Assembly (NCBI GenBank): GCA_963816635.1
Contig: CAWFLK010000021.1
Coordinates: forward strand, 154,443-218,442
Direction: 5' to 3'
Source of the DNA: Ilumatobacteraceae bacterium
Lineage (GTDB): Bacteria > Actinomycetota > Acidimicrobiia > Acidimicrobiales > Ilumatobacteraceae
Length of the DNA: 64,000 nt
A program made the position numbers and the translations under genes. Of the stretch, positions 1 to 10,728 are shown piece after piece; the stretch's first letter is position 1; each line of letters begins with the position of its first letter. The notes under the pieces were generated by a model that saw nothing but the letters and a program-made list of their open reading frames with translations, was not told the DNA's origin and searched no databases.

Positions 1-457
1 GATGGCGAACTCCGGCGTGGCCCGACGGACCGATACCGACCCGCCGATCTCGTCGAGGGACACCGGGAACATCGGCGGTTGGATCACCCCGGCCAGCACG
101 TCGCCGGGATGTCGGCCGTCGGCCTGCAGCGGGGCGAAGATCGTCAGCTCGGCGCCGCTCTGCAGCAGCGGCGTGAAGAACGGGAGCCCCTGCACGTGGT
201 CCCAGTGGAGGTGCCCGAGCAGGCACGTGCCGACGAACGGCTCGTCGGGCGCCAGTGTGTTGCCGAAGAATCGCAACCCCGTGCCGAGGTCGAACAGGAG
301 CGGCTGCTGACCCTCGACGCGCACCGACACGCAGGCGGTGTTGCCGCCGTAGCGGGCGACATCGTCGCTCTGCACAGGGGTCGAGCCGCGGACACCGTGG
401 AACGTGACGATCACGTCCGCCGTCCGCCGGTCAGCTGCCTCATGCACCTCGAACGGT
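1..457 (-). CDS. MBL-fold metallo-hydrolase (RNase Z/PhnP-like), partial: the 3' end lies beyond the window start
   Basis: The minus-strand frame reads VHEAADRRTADVIVTFHGVRGSTP ... CLLGHLHWDH. That contains the HxHxDH zinc motif of the metallo-beta-lactamase fold with high GC3. The start is GTG at 457. The ATG-started plus-strand ORFs 2..310 and 79..459 are Arg/Pro-rich antisense artefacts. Confidence 0.6.
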
Positions 458-508
458 AACCGGGCGGCCGCAGATCGTCCCCAAATCGCGTGCGTCGCAA
501 CGGTCGAT

Positions 509-550
509 CTGGTCACCCACATTCTCGATATCGAGAACCTGGGTGACCAG
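509..550. repeat. 42-bp interrupted palindrome, a possible operator or terminator
   Basis: CTGGTCACCCAcaTTCTCGATATCGAGAAccTGGGTGACCAG has 11-bp outer arms and a 16-bp perfect palindromic core, with two central mismatches. It lies between the citE-like stop (559) and the MBL gene start (457). Confidence 0.5.
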
Positions 551-558
551 ATCGAGCC

Positions 559-1435
559 TCAGGGAGCCAGGCGGGCGATGGCGTCGGCGAGGGCCAGCGT
601 GCGGCGGGCGTTGTCGACGTGCAGGGCCTCGACCATGCGACCGCCGACCGTCACGACGCCGCGGCCTTCGGCGGCCGCGGCCGTGAACGCCTCGATGACC
701 TCGCGGGCGGCCGCGACCTCGTCGTCGGTGGGCGACCAGGCGTCGTTGGCCGGGCCGACCTGGCCGGGGTGCACGAGCGTCTTGCCGTCGAAGCCCATCT
801 CCACGCCCTGGCGGCACTCGGCGGCGAAGCCCTCGTCGTCGCGGATGTCGTTGAACACCCCATCGAGGATCGCCACACCCGCCTCGCGCGCCGCCAGGAC
901 CGCGGTCGCCAGGTACGGCGTGAGGTTGGCGCGGCCCGGCACGCCGAGCGGCGCGCGAAGCTCACGGGCGAGGTCGTTGGTGCCGATCACGAGCACGCTG
1001 ACGCGCGGGTGGGCGGCGATGGCGCGGGCTTCGAAGATCGCGGTCGGCGTCTCGACCATGGCCCACACGGTGGTCGACGTCGCCCCGCCCGCGTCGAGCC
1101 GGGTGACGATGTCGTCGACGTGCGCCGCGCCGGCGACCTTGGGGACCACCACCGACGGCGCCCCGGCACCGGCGGCGGCGGCGATGTCGTCCGTGCCCCA
1201 GGGCGTGGCGAGGCCGTTGCACCGCAGCGCCAGCTGTCGCGAGCCGTAGTTGCCCGACGTCAGCGCGGCGACGGCCTGCTCGCGGGCGAGCTCCTTGGCG
1301 TCGGGGGCCACCGAGTCCTCGAGGTCGAGGATGATGCCGTCGCACGCGATCGTGGTCGCCTTCTCCAGCGCCCGGGCGTTGGCCGCCGGCATGTACAGCA
1401 CCGAACGCAGCGGTCGGACGTCATCGGTCATCACG
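559..1435 (-). CDS. citE: HpcH/HpaI aldolase / citrate lyase beta subunit-like (CitE family) lyase
   Basis: The C-terminal 292 aa of ORF 559..2253 start with [25 protein letters not shown] ... [10 protein letters not shown] and match the CitE/HpcH fold. The ATG at 1435 overlaps the stop of the upstream paralog (ATGA). The Arg-rich N-terminal extension of the listed ORF is an artefact. Confidence 0.8.
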
Positions 1436-2408
1436 AGTCCCCGACGGTCGCGTAGCGGGCGGCCAGTTCGGGATCGCGTCGCGCCAGCTGCTCGGCGAGC
1501 TCGACGATCACCGTGCACTGCTTCACCGACGCATCGTCCTCCATCCGCCCGTCGAGCAGGACCGCTCCGGTGCCGTCTCCCATCGCGGCGATCACCCTGC
1601 GGGCGTGGGCGACGTCGGCCGGGTCGGGGCTGAACACCCGCCGGGCGATGTCGATCTGCGCCGGGTGCAGGCTCCACGCCCCGACGCACCCGAGGAGGTA
1701 GGCGTTGCGGAACTGGTCCTCGCACGCCACCACGTCGGCGATGTCGCCGAACGGCCCGTAGTAGGCGAGCACGCCGGCCGCCACGCAGGCGTCGACCATG
1801 CGGGCGAGCGTGTAGTGCCACAGGTCCTGCTGGTAGGTGGGCCGTGGCGCATCGGGGTGCCCGGGATCGGGGTCGGCGCGCACGAGGTAGCCGGGGTGGC
1901 CGCCCCCGACGCGCGTGGTCTTCATCCGTCGGTTGGCCGCCAGGTCGGCCGGCCCGAGCGACAGGCCCTGGACGCGGGGCGACGCGGTGCAGATGTCCTC
2001 CACGTTGGCCACGCCACGGGCCGTCTCGAGGATGGCGTGGAGCAGGATCGGCCGGGTGAGCCCGGCGCGGGCCTCGAGCTGGGCGACGAGGCGGTCGACG
2101 TAGTGGATGTCCTCGGGGCCTTCGACCTTCGGGATCATGATCACGTCGAGGCGGTCGCCGATCTCGGTCACGGCCGTGACGAGGTCGTCCAACGCCCACG
2201 GCGAGTCGAGCGAGTTGACCCGCGTCCACAGCTGCGTGTCGGGGTGGTCCCACGCCCGACCGATGGCGACGAGCCCGGCGCGGGCGGCCTCCTTGTCGCT
2301 CGCCGGGATGCCGTCTTCGAGGTTGGCCAGCAGCACGTCGACGGTCGGGGCGATCGACGCGACCTTGGCGACCATCTTGGGGTTGGACGGCGGGAGGAAG
2401 TGGATCAT
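1431..2408 (-). CDS. HpcH/HpaI family lyase (malyl-CoA / citramalyl-CoA lyase-like)
   Basis: ORF 1431..2492 reads ...[22 protein letters not shown] ... [17 protein letters not shown] ... [28 protein letters not shown]. This is the malyl-CoA lyase/CitE-like family. The likely start is MIHF at 2408. Confidence 0.7.
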   Translation of the reverse strand: MIHFLPPSNPKMVAKVASIAPTVDVLLANLEDGIPASDKEAARAGLVAIGRAWDHPDTQLWTRVNSLDSPWALDDLVTAVTEIGDRLDVIMIPKVEGPEDIHYVDRLVAQLEARAGLTRPILLHAILETARGVANVEDICTASPRVQGLSLGPADLAANRRMKTTRVGGGHPGYLVRADPDPGHPDAPRPTYQQDLWHYTLARMVDACVAAGVLAYYGPFGDIADVVACEDQFRNAYLLGCVGAWSLHPAQIDIARRVFSPDPADVAHARRVIAAMGDGTGAVLLDGRMEDDASVKQCTVIVELAEQLARRDPELAARYATVGDS

Positions 2409-2552
2409 CCGCGACGGGCGGAAGGGGATCTCGCGCACCGGTGCGGGCGCGCCGACCGCGAGCGGCCGGAAGAAGTCTCGCGGTGGACGCACGGCAGCGA
2501 GCGTACGGTGCCCGCGACCGACGGGCGAAGGCGTGACCGAGCTACCGGTGCG

Positions 2553-3251
2553 CTACCCGGTGCGCAGGTGCACGACGTCGGCGACCGCCAAGCGGTGGGT
2601 CGCACCGCCGTCGTCGAGCACCACCAGACGGCCGTCGACGGTGACGTCGGTCGCCGTCCCGGTGAGCGCCCCGCCCGAGGGCAGCTCGACGCGCACCCTC
2701 CGACCGAGCGTGGAGAGCTCGGTGCGGTAGCGCACCTCGACGTCGGCACCGACGGCGTCGTAGGCGCCGAGCAGGGCGGCGAGGAGGTCGGCCGGATCGA
2801 CGTCAGCACCGAGGCGGGCGGCGCCGTCGGGGCACCACCGCACGTTGACGCCGATCCCCACGACGAGCGGCCCGTCGGCGTGACGTTGGGCCAGCACGCC
2901 GGCGAGCTTGGCCCCACCGGCGAGCACGTCGTTGGGCCACTTGAGGGCGACGTCGTCGGCGCCGCCGAGCTCGCGGCACGCGTCGACGGCGGCAACGCTG
3001 ACCCGTCGCGCCACGGCGCCGGGGTCGGGCGGCACGCGGTGGAACAGCAGCGACACCAGCAGGTTCGCGTCGGGGGGCGCGTCCCACCGACGGTCGAGCC
3101 GGCCGCGCCCCTGCGTCTGGTGGCCGGCGGCGAGCACCGAACGGTCGGAGCGGCGATCGGCATCGGCCAGCAGCACCGCGTTGGTGCTGGTGGTGACCGC
3201 GACGTGCTCGACGTGCCACCCGGGGGGCCAAGTGCGGTCCCAGCCGGTCAC
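2553..3251 (-). CDS. birA: biotin--[acetyl-CoA-carboxylase] ligase, group I (no DNA-binding domain)
   Basis: GHQTQGRGRLDRRW and KWPNDVLAGGAKLAGVL are the BirA signature motifs. The protein is collinear with mycobacterial BirA. The GTG start lies about 19 bp from the divergent accA start. Confidence 0.85.
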   Translation of the reverse strand: MTGWDRTWPPGWHVEHVAVTTSTNAVLLADADRRSDRSVLAAGHQTQGRGRLDRRWDAPPDANLLVSLLFHRVPPDPGAVARRVSVAAVDACRELGGADDVALKWPNDVLAGGAKLAGVLAQRHADGPLVVGIGVNVRWCPDGAARLGADVDPADLLAALLGAYDAVGADVEVRYRTELSTLGRRVRVELPSGGALTGTATDVTVDGRLVVLDDGGATHRLAVADVVHLRTG

Positions 3252-3270
3252 GACCCCTACTCTGGCAGCC

Positions 3271-5052
3271 GTGCTGACGAAGATCCTGATCGCCAACCGC
3301 GGTGAGATCGCGGTGAGGGTCATCCGCGGCGCCCGCGAGATGGGCATCGCCACGGTGGCGGTCTACTCCGACCTCGACCGCGACGCGCTGCACGTGCGCC
3401 TCGCCGACGAGGCGTATGCCCTCGGCGGCCGCACCGCGGCCGAGAGCTACCTCGACACCGAAGCGATCCTCGCCGCCGTCGGGCGCAGCGGTGCCGACGG
3501 CGTGCACCCGGGCTACGGGTTCTTCTCCGAGAACGCCGACTTCGCCCGGGCGATCACCGAGATGGGCGTGACGTTCATCGGGCCGCCGCCCGCGGCAATC
3601 GAGGAGATGGGCGACAAGGTGTCGAGCCGACGGGCGGCGCTGCGGGGCGGCGCGCCGATCGTGCCCGGCACCATGGAGTTCGCCGGCGGACCCGACGACA
3701 TCCGCGCCTTCGGCGTCGAGCACGGCTGGCCGGTCGCCATCAAGGCGGCGTTCGGTGGTGGCGGCCGCGGCATGAAGGTGGTGCAGGGCCCGGGCGAGGT
3801 CGACGAGGCGATGGCGTCGGCGCAGCGCGAGGCCAAGGCGTTCTTCGGACGCGACGAGGTGTACGTCGAGCGCTACCTCACGTGGCCGCGCCATGTCGAG
3901 GTGCAGGTGGTGGGCGATCAGCACGGCAACGTCGTGTGGGTGTCGACGCGTGACTGCTCGGCGCAGCGCCGTCACCAGAAGCTGATCGAGGAGGCGCCGG
4001 CGCCGGGGCTGCCCGACGGCGTCGAGGAGGCGATGGGAGCGGCTGCGGTGAAGGCGGCGGCGGCCGTCGGCTACACCAACGCCGGCACGGTGGAGTTCAT
4101 CTACCAGGACGGCGAGTTCTTCTTCCTGGAGATGAACACGCGACTGCAGGTCGAGCACCCGGTGACCGAGGCGATCACCGGCATCGACCTCGTCGAGTGG
4201 CAGCTCCGCGTGGCGTCCGGCGAACCGCTGCCGATGACCCAGGAGGAGGTCCTGGCGCAGCGCCGCGGTCACGCCATCGAGGTGCGCATCAACGCCGAGG
4301 ACCCGCGCGGCGGGGCCTTCCTGCCGTCACCGGGGACGATCACCTCGCTCGTGGCCCCCGACGGCTTCGGCGTCCGGTTCGACGCCGGGTACGCGGCCGG
4401 CGACACGGTGTCGCAGTTCTACGACAACCTGATCGGCAAGCTCGTGGTGTGGGGCCGCGACCGGCCGTCGGCGATCAGCCGGACGATCTGCGCCCTCGAG
4501 GAGATGGTGGTCACGGGCGTCGCCACCACGATCCCCGCCGATCTGGCGATCCTGCGCCACCCCGACTTCGCCGCCGTCGAGCACTCCACCAAGTGGGTGG
4601 AGGAGCGCCTCGACCTCAGCGGCGTGCCGGCGACGCCCGCCGTCGTCGACGACGGGGACGACGAGTCGGCAACCGTGCCCCGGCGCAGCACCGTCGAGGT
4701 CAACGGCAAGCGCTTCGACGTCACCGTGTGGGTCCCCGAGTCGGACGCACCCGCCGACGGTGGTGGTTCGCGGCGGGCCCCGGCGCGCAAGCGCAGCCGG
4801 GCGGCGACGAGTGCCGGCGCGGGTGCAGGAGGCGGCAGCGGCGACGTGACCGCACCGATGCAGGGCACGATCGTCAAGGTGCTCGTCGAGCCCGGCCAGG
4901 CCATCGGCGCCGGCGACGCCGTGGTGGTGCTGGAGGCGATGAAGATGGAGAACCAGATCTCGGCCGAGCGCGCCGGCACGGTGCGCGAGGTCAAGGTGGC
5001 CGCCGGCGACACCGTCGGTCAAGGCGACGTGCTCGCCGTCATCGGCGACTGA
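3271..5052 (+). CDS. accA: acyl-CoA carboxylase alpha chain (biotin carboxylase with fused biotin carboxyl carrier domain)
   Basis: KILIANRGEIAVRVIRGAREMGIATVAVYS is the biotin carboxylase N-terminus. ATP-grasp and BC C-terminal regions follow. The C-terminal EAMKMENQI is the biotinyl-lysine motif. The 593-aa frame is intact. Confidence 0.9.
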   Translation: MLTKILIANRGEIAVRVIRGAREMGIATVAVYSDLDRDALHVRLADEAYALGGRTAAESYLDTEAILAAVGRSGADGVHPGYGFFSENADFARAITEMGVTFIGPPPAAIEEMGDKVSSRRAALRGGAPIVPGTMEFAGGPDDIRAFGVEHGWPVAIKAAFGGGGRGMKVVQGPGEVDEAMASAQREAKAFFGRDEVYVERYLTWPRHVEVQVVGDQHGNVVWVSTRDCSAQRRHQKLIEEAPAPGLPDGVEEAMGAAAVKAAAAVGYTNAGTVEFIYQDGEFFFLEMNTRLQVEHPVTEAITGIDLVEWQLRVASGEPLPMTQEEVLAQRRGHAIEVRINAEDPRGGAFLPSPGTITSLVAPDGFGVRFDAGYAAGDTVSQFYDNLIGKLVVWGRDRPSAISRTICALEEMVVTGVATTIPADLAILRHPDFAAVEHSTKWVEERLDLSGVPATPAVVDDGDDESATVPRRSTVEVNGKRFDVTVWVPESDAPADGGGSRRAPARKRSRAATSAGAGAGGGSGDVTAPMQGTIVKVLVEPGQAIGAGDAVVVLEAMKMENQISAERAGTVREVKVAAGDTVGQGDVLAVIGD

Positions 5053-5071
5053 AACCGGTATTCGGGGCGCG

Positions 5072-5893
5072 GTGCTCGTCGCCACGGTCCTGGCCCTCAC
5101 CGCGGCCCTGCTGCACGCCGGCTGGAACCTGCGCGCCAAGCGCAGCCCCGATCGCCTCATCTCGCTGTGGGGTCAGTTCTTCGTCGCCGGTGTCGTCAGC
5201 GTCCCGGTGGTCGTCGCCACCCACGACCTGCCGGCGGCGGCGTGGGGCTTCGCCGCGCTGACCGCGGTGACGCACGTCCCCTACGCCGCGTTCCTCGCCG
5301 CCGCGTACGACCACGGCGACTTCTCGGTCGCCTATCCCATCGCCCGCGGCAGCGGCGCTGCGCTGGCCGGGCTGGGCGGGGTTCTGTTGCTCGGCGACGA
5401 CCTCGGGGTGCTCGGCGGGGTGGGCCTGCTGACGGTTGCCGCCGGAATGGTCGTGCTGGCGGCCGGCGCCGACCGCGTGCACGTGCTGCTCGCCCTCGGC
5501 GTCGGAGTCACCATCGGCGTGTACACCGTCAACGACAGCCACGCCTCACGCACGTTCGGCGTCACCTACGCCTTCGCCGCGTTCGCCCTCGCCGCGATCG
5601 CCGTGACGTCGTACGGCATCCTGCACCGCGGGGCACCGGCTCTGGTCGCCTCGATGCGCACCGACTGGCGCCGCCACGTGGTGAGCGGGGCGATGACCGC
5701 CGCCGCCTACGTGATGGTGCTCATCGCGGTGCGGCGAGCGCCGGTGGGGTACGTGGCATCGCTGCGCGAGTCGAGCGTGCTCGCCGCGGCGTTCCTCGGG
5801 ACCCGTTACCTGTCGGAAGGCCAGTCGCGCCGACGCACCGCGGCCGCCGTCGTGATCCTCACCGGCCTCGTCCTCCTCGTCGTGTCCGGATGA
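5072..5893 (+). CDS. EamA/DMT-family membrane transporter
   Basis: The 273-aa protein is polytopic and hydrophobic with two EamA-like halves, and has high GC3. Confidence 0.7.
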   Translation: MLVATVLALTAALLHAGWNLRAKRSPDRLISLWGQFFVAGVVSVPVVVATHDLPAAAWGFAALTAVTHVPYAAFLAAAYDHGDFSVAYPIARGSGAALAGLGGVLLLGDDLGVLGGVGLLTVAAGMVVLAAGADRVHVLLALGVGVTIGVYTVNDSHASRTFGVTYAFAAFALAAIAVTSYGILHRGAPALVASMRTDWRRHVVSGAMTAAAYVMVLIAVRRAPVGYVASLRESSVLAAAFLGTRYLSEGQSRRRTAAAVVILTGLVLLVVSG

Positions 5894-5933
5894 CCGAACG
5901 GAGCGAGCGCAGCGAGCGAGTGAGGTCGAAACC

Positions 5934-7303
5934 CTATTCGGCCGCTTCCGCCAGCGCTTCGGCGAGGGCGGGGTGCACGAGCAGGCTCTCGACGATGTCG
6001 GTGACCTTGAGGTGGGCGGTGACGGCGAGGGCGATCACCGAGATCAGCTCGGCGGCGTGGCGTCCGACGATCGACCCGCCGAGCACCACACCCGTGGCCG
6101 GGTCGGAGACGATCTTGACGAACCCCTGGGTGTTGTTGTTGATCAAGGCCTTGGGGGTGGCCGAGAACGGCACCTTGGTGACGCGGATCTTGCGGCCCGA
6201 CGCGAACGCCTCGGTCTCGGCGAGGCCGACGTCGGCGATCTCGGGTTCGGTGAAGATGGCCGACGCCGCCTTGTCGTAGTCGAGGTGACGGTGCTGGCGG
6301 CTGTGCAGCCCCATGATCCGCTCGGCCACCTTGCGGCCCTGCATCGCCGCCACCGACGACAGCGGCAGCTTGCCGCTGACGTCTCCGGCGGCATAGATGT
6401 GGCCGACGTTGGTGACGCAGTTGTGGTCGATCGGCACGTACCCGCCGGCATCGACGGCCACCCCGGCACGCTCGAGGGCGAGATCGGCCGAGTTGGGCAC
6501 CGATCCGATGGCGAGCACGGCGTGGCTCGATCGCACGACGCGACCGTCGTCGCAGCGCACCACGACGTCGTCCTGTTCGTGGTCGCGGTCGATGGCGATC
6601 GCACGCGCTCCCTTCAGCAGCTTGACGCCGCGGTTGAGGAAGTCGTCCTCGAGCACCGCCGCCACCTCCGGGTCCTTGGCCGGCAGCACCTGCTGGCGCG
6701 ACACGACGAGGGTCACCGCGGCGCCGAACGAGGAGAACATGTGCACGAACTCCACGCCCGTGACGCCCGACCCGACCACCGTGATGCTTCGTGGGAATTC
6801 CTTGGGCGGGTAGCAGTCGCGGGTGGTGAGGATGCGGTCACCGTCGGGGTGGCACCACTCGGGGATGCGCGGGCGCGAGCCGGTCGCGATGAGCGCCACG
6901 TCGAAGCCGACCACTTCGAGCCCGTCGACCGTCTCGATCTCGGCGGTGTTGGGCGAGGCGAACCGCGCCGTGCCGGTGATCATGCGCACGCCCTGGCTCT
7001 CCAGCAGCTGCGTGGTGCCGGCCTGCAGGTGTGACTTGATGCCCTCGATCCGCGCCGTCGAGCGCGTCGGTGTCGACCTCGGGCGTGGTCTCCTCGAGGC
7101 CCATCCCGGTGGAACGGCGCAGGAAGGTCATCGCCCCGCCGGTGGCGATCATCGTCTTCGACGGGATGCAGTCGAGGAGGTGGGCGGCGCCGCCGATCAG
7201 GTCGCGCTCGACCATCGTCACCTCGGCGCCGTACCGGGCGGCGTACGTGGCGGCGTTGTTGCCGGCGGGGCCGCCGCCGATGATCAGCAGGTGCGTTGCC
7301 ATC
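5934..7303 (-). CDS. lpdA: LpdA-like flavoprotein disulfide reductase / NAD(P)H quinone reductase (Rv3303c type), apparent single-base frameshift near 7050
   Basis: The N-terminal part MATHLLIIGGGPAGNNAA ... GGAAHLLDCIPSKT (FAD site, single Cys) is in the frame of ORF 6838..8733. The C-terminal 351 aa are in ORF 5934..6989 (IYAAGDVSGKLPL, dimerisation domain). Restoring one base at GACGGCGCG|GATCGAG joins the two frames. Confidence 0.75.
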
Positions 7304-7404
7304 GCTGTCGAGCGTAAGGCACCCAGCGCGGACACGCGCCGCCGGCGCATCGGAGGCCCCGGCTGCGATGCCCAGCCGGTACCGTCGGACGACGATGACG
7401 GAGC

Positions 7405-8934
7405 GTGACCGACGACGACGCGGCGCCCGCCGAGTTCGCCGAACTGACGGGCAGCGGGCTGGCGGCCGAACGGGCGCGCCGGCAGCACCGCGTCGACGAC
7501 CTGCGGGCCGCCGGCGTCGAGCCGTATCCCTACCGCTTCGACCGCACGCACTCGGCGGCCGAGGTGCGCGAGTTGGCAGCCGCGCTGGCCCCGGGCAGCG
7601 AGACCGACGTGGAGGTGAGCGTCGCCGGCCGCGTGCTCCGCCTGCGCGACTCGGGCAAGCTGATCTTCGCCACCCTGGCCGACCGTGGCGCCGACGTGCA
7701 GCTGTTCGTGTCCAAGGGCGACGTGGGCGACACCGCCTTCGCCGACATCAAGTCGCTCGACCGCGGCGACTGGGTCGGCGCCCGCGGGCGGGTGATGACG
7801 ACGCGCGCCGGTGAGATCTCGGTGCGGGTGAGCGAGCTGCGCCTGCTCGCCAAGTCGATCCGCCCGCTGCCCGACAAGTGGCACGGGCTGTCCGACACCG
7901 ACACCCGCTACCGCCAGCGCTACGTCGACCTCGTGGTCAACGCCCCGGCGCGCCGGGTGTTCGAGGTGCGTCACGCGGTGATCGCCAGCTTCCGGCGCAC
8001 GCTCACCGAGCGTGGCTTCATCGAGGTGGAGACGCCGGTGCTGCACGTCGAGGCCGGTGGCGCCACGGCGCGCCCGTTCGTCACCCACCACAACACCCTC
8101 GACATGCCGATGTACCTGCGCATCGCCCTCGAGCTGCACCTCAAGCGGCTGCTCGTCGGCGGCATGGACCGGGTGTTCGAGATCGGGCGGATCTTCCGCA
8201 ACGAGGGGATGAACACCACCCACAACCCGGAGTTCACGATGATGGAGAGCTACGAGGCCTTCGCCGACGTGTCCGACGTGATGGCGCTGACCGAGGCGCT
8301 GGTGACCAACGCCGCCCGCGACGCGCTCGGCACGACGGTCGTCGAGATCCGCGGGGAAGCGGTCGAGCTCACCGCGCCGTGGCCGCGGGCGCGGATGGTC
8401 GACCTCGTGTCGGCGGCCGCCGGTGAGCCCGTCCACCCGGCGCGTCCGCTCGAGGAGATGCGCTCGCTCGCCGACCGCCACCGCGTGCGCTGGGACGCGG
8501 CGTGGGGGTCGGGCAAGATCGTCGAAGAGCTCTTCGAGGCACTGTGCGAGCACGACATCGTGCGCCCCACGTTCGTGACCGGCCACCCGGTGGAGGTGTC
8601 GCCCCTGTCGCGCCTCGATCCCGACGACCCGCTGCTGACCGACCGCTTCGAGTTGTTCATCGACGGCCACGAGTACGCCAACGGCTACAGCGAGCTCAAC
8701 GACCCCGTCGAGCAGCGGGTGCGCTTCGAGCACGAGGCCAAGGCCAAGGCGGCCGGCGACGACGAGCGCGGCGGGGTCGACGAGGACTACCTCCGCGCCC
8801 TCGAGTACGGCATGCCGCCCGCCGGCGGTCTGGGCGTGGGGATCGACCGGCTGGTGATGCTGCTGGCCGGCGTCGACACGATCCGTGACGTCATCCTCTT
8901 CCCGACCCTGCGACCCGAACCGGAGGGCCGGTGA
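7405..8934 (+). CDS. lysS: lysine--tRNA ligase, class II
   Basis: The 509-aa protein has an OB-fold anticodon domain and class II motifs ([33 protein letters not shown]). The start is GTG. The stop overlaps the dapD start (GTGA). Confidence 0.95.
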   Translation: MTDDDAAPAEFAELTGSGLAAERARRQHRVDDLRAAGVEPYPYRFDRTHSAAEVRELAAALAPGSETDVEVSVAGRVLRLRDSGKLIFATLADRGADVQLFVSKGDVGDTAFADIKSLDRGDWVGARGRVMTTRAGEISVRVSELRLLAKSIRPLPDKWHGLSDTDTRYRQRYVDLVVNAPARRVFEVRHAVIASFRRTLTERGFIEVETPVLHVEAGGATARPFVTHHNTLDMPMYLRIALELHLKRLLVGGMDRVFEIGRIFRNEGMNTTHNPEFTMMESYEAFADVSDVMALTEALVTNAARDALGTTVVEIRGEAVELTAPWPRARMVDLVSAAAGEPVHPARPLEEMRSLADRHRVRWDAAWGSGKIVEELFEALCEHDIVRPTFVTGHPVEVSPLSRLDPDDPLLTDRFELFIDGHEYANGYSELNDPVEQRVRFEHEAKAKAAGDDERGGVDEDYLRALEYGMPPAGGLGVGIDRLVMLLAGVDTIRDVILFPTLRPEPEGR

Positions 8935-9869
8935 CCGCGCGGCCGGCGTGGGGGGCCGGCTTCGAGACGCTCGACCGCCGCGGCGCCACGCTCGACGTCT
9001 GGTTCCGCTGGGTCGGCTGGGGCGACTACGGCGAGTCGGCGCCCGAGGAGACCGACGCCGCGCTGGCCGGCGGCGACCGCAGCGACGCGGTGCGGCGGGT
9101 CGTGGTCCGCCCGATCCGCTCGACGATCGACGTCGACGCGCCGCCTTCGTCGGCCGCCGACGTGTACCTCCGCCTGCACCTGCTGTCGCACCGGTTGGCC
9201 GCCCCCAACACGATCAACCTCGACGGCATCTTCGGGCTGCTCAACAACGTGGCGTGGACCGAGCTCGGACCGGTCGCCGTCGCCGACCTGCCCGAGGTGG
9301 CGTTCGCCCGACGGGCGGCCGGGGCGGCGCTCGCCGTCCGCGCCGTCGACAAGTTCCCGCCGATGCTCGACTACGTCGTGCCGAGCGGCGTGCGCATCGC
9401 CGACGGCTCACGAGTGCGCCTCGGCGCCCACCTCGCCGAGGGAACCACCGTGATGCACGAGGGCTTCTGCAACTTCAACGGCGGCACGCTGGGTGCGTCG
9501 ATGGTGGAGGGACGGATCTCGCAGGGCGTGGTGGTCGGCGACCACAGCGACGTCGGTGGCGGGGCCTCGATCATGGGCACCCTGTCGGGCGGCGGGACCG
9601 AGCGGGTTTCGATCGGGCAGCGCTGTCTGCTCGGCGCCAACTCCGGTCTCGGCATCAGCCTCGGCGACGACTGCGTGGTCGAGGCCGGGCTGTACGTCAC
9701 CGCCGGCACGCTCGTGAAGCTGCCCGACGGCGCGGTCGTGAAGGCCCGTGAGCTGTCGGGGGCGTCGAACCTGCTGTTCCGCCGGCACAGCCAGACGGGC
9801 GCGGTCGAGGTGACCCCTCGCAGCGGCGCCAGCTGGACCGGACTCAACGACATCCTCCACGCCAACTGA
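8931..9869 (+). CDS. dapD: 2,3,4,5-tetrahydropyridine-2,6-dicarboxylate N-succinyltransferase (actinobacterial type)
   Basis: The 312-aa protein has left-handed beta-helix hexapeptide repeats ([24 protein letters not shown]...). It is collinear with mycobacterial DapD. Confidence 0.8.
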   Translation: MTARPAWGAGFETLDRRGATLDVWFRWVGWGDYGESAPEETDAALAGGDRSDAVRRVVVRPIRSTIDVDAPPSSAADVYLRLHLLSHRLAAPNTINLDGIFGLLNNVAWTELGPVAVADLPEVAFARRAAGAALAVRAVDKFPPMLDYVVPSGVRIADGSRVRLGAHLAEGTTVMHEGFCNFNGGTLGASMVEGRISQGVVVGDHSDVGGGASIMGTLSGGGTERVSIGQRCLLGANSGLGISLGDDCVVEAGLYVTAGTLVKLPDGAVVKARELSGASNLLFRRHSQTGAVEVTPRSGASWTGLNDILHAN

Positions 9870-9961
9870 CAGCCCGTCTCTCATCGGAGTGTTGAACCGC
9901 GTCCGAGTGTGGGGCGTCGCGACGGGGGTCGCCCGACCCTCCGATGGTGCGTCGTGCTCGG

Positions 9962-10615
9962 TCAGCGCAGCTTCGTGGCGAACCCGATCGGCGGCGAGGT
10001 GACCCAGGTGACGGCGAGATCGGGTCGGGCGGCGAGCGCCTCGGCGTAGGCGAGCGTGTCCGCGGCCCATGCGGCGCCCGCGAAACGCACCCAGTCGTTG
10101 CGCGGCCGGCCGGTGAGCGCGTCGACGAGCAGGAACCAGTTCGCCATCGTCAGGACGCCGCCGGGCCGTAGACGCTCGACCATCACGTCGAGGTGGTCGG
10201 GCGCTCGGGCGAACCAGGCGTCGTCGTGGACGAGGTCGAAGGTCCCGCTGAGCGCGGCCAACACGTCGGCGACGCGGCCGGTCTCGTACGCCACGGAGGC
10301 GGCGACACCCGCATCCTCGGCGATGGCGCGCGCCTCGGCGATGTGGGTCGGGTCGTCGTCGACGCCGAGGACGCTCCCGCCATCGGCCACGGCACTCGCC
10401 AGCCACAGCGTGGAGTAGCCGAGCCCGCAACCGAGGTCGAGCACGCGGCGGGCGCCGCTGGCGCGGGCGATCGACGCGACGAGTTGCATCGCCGGCCCGC
10501 CGGCGTGGTGCAGCCCACAGCCGTGCCGGCGCTGGTGCGCCTCACTGCGTTCCGCCACCCATGCGAAGGGGTCGCCACCGGCGAGCTCGAGCAGTCGACG
10601 GGCGACGTCGTCCAC
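9962..10615 (-). CDS. class I SAM-dependent O-methyltransferase (family 3, caffeoyl-CoA OMT-like)
   Basis: VLDLGCGLGYSTLWLA is the SAM-binding motif I. The protein is 217 aa. Confidence 0.7.
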   Translation of the reverse strand: MDDVARRLLELAGGDPFAWVAERSEAHQRRHGCGLHHAGGPAMQLVASIARASGARRVLDLGCGLGYSTLWLASAVADGGSVLGVDDDPTHIAEARAIAEDAGVAASVAYETGRVADVLAALSGTFDLVHDDAWFARAPDHLDVMVERLRPGGVLTMANWFLLVDALTGRPRNDWVRFAGAAWAADTLAYAEALAARPDLAVTWVTSPPIGFATKLR

Positions 10616-10728
10616 CGGCCCAGGATGGCACGACGCACGTGCCGTTCACTGCGGACGGCGCGCGGACGTGGACCGAACCGACGCTTTCGGGGCCATCCGG
10701 GTGGCCGCGCCGCGCGAGGCTGGGAACG

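Noticed and set aside
2-459. Plus-strand ORFs 2..310 and 79..459 at the window start
   Set aside because: The minus strand carries an MBL-fold HxHxDH motif and a Rossmann-like N-terminus with proper GC3. The plus-strand ORFs are antisense artefacts
559-2253. Very long Arg/Pro/Gly-rich ORFs. Examples are the 564-aa version of 559..2253, and 1605..3305 +, 2803..4272 -, 6838..8733 -, 18241..20892 +, 36334..39465 N-terminal half, 61167..62315 -, and 62608..63759 -
   Set aside because: They are antisense or off-frame read-through typical of 70% GC DNA. They have no motif content, the wrong GC3 pattern, and each overlaps a well-supported gene on the other strand or frame
5893-5934. GAGCGAGCG low-complexity runs at 5897-5925 and 45150-45180, as a possible third repeat family
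   Set aside because: They are short and degenerate, and they share only a trinucleotide-like GAGCGA periodicity. There is no conserved flanking sequence
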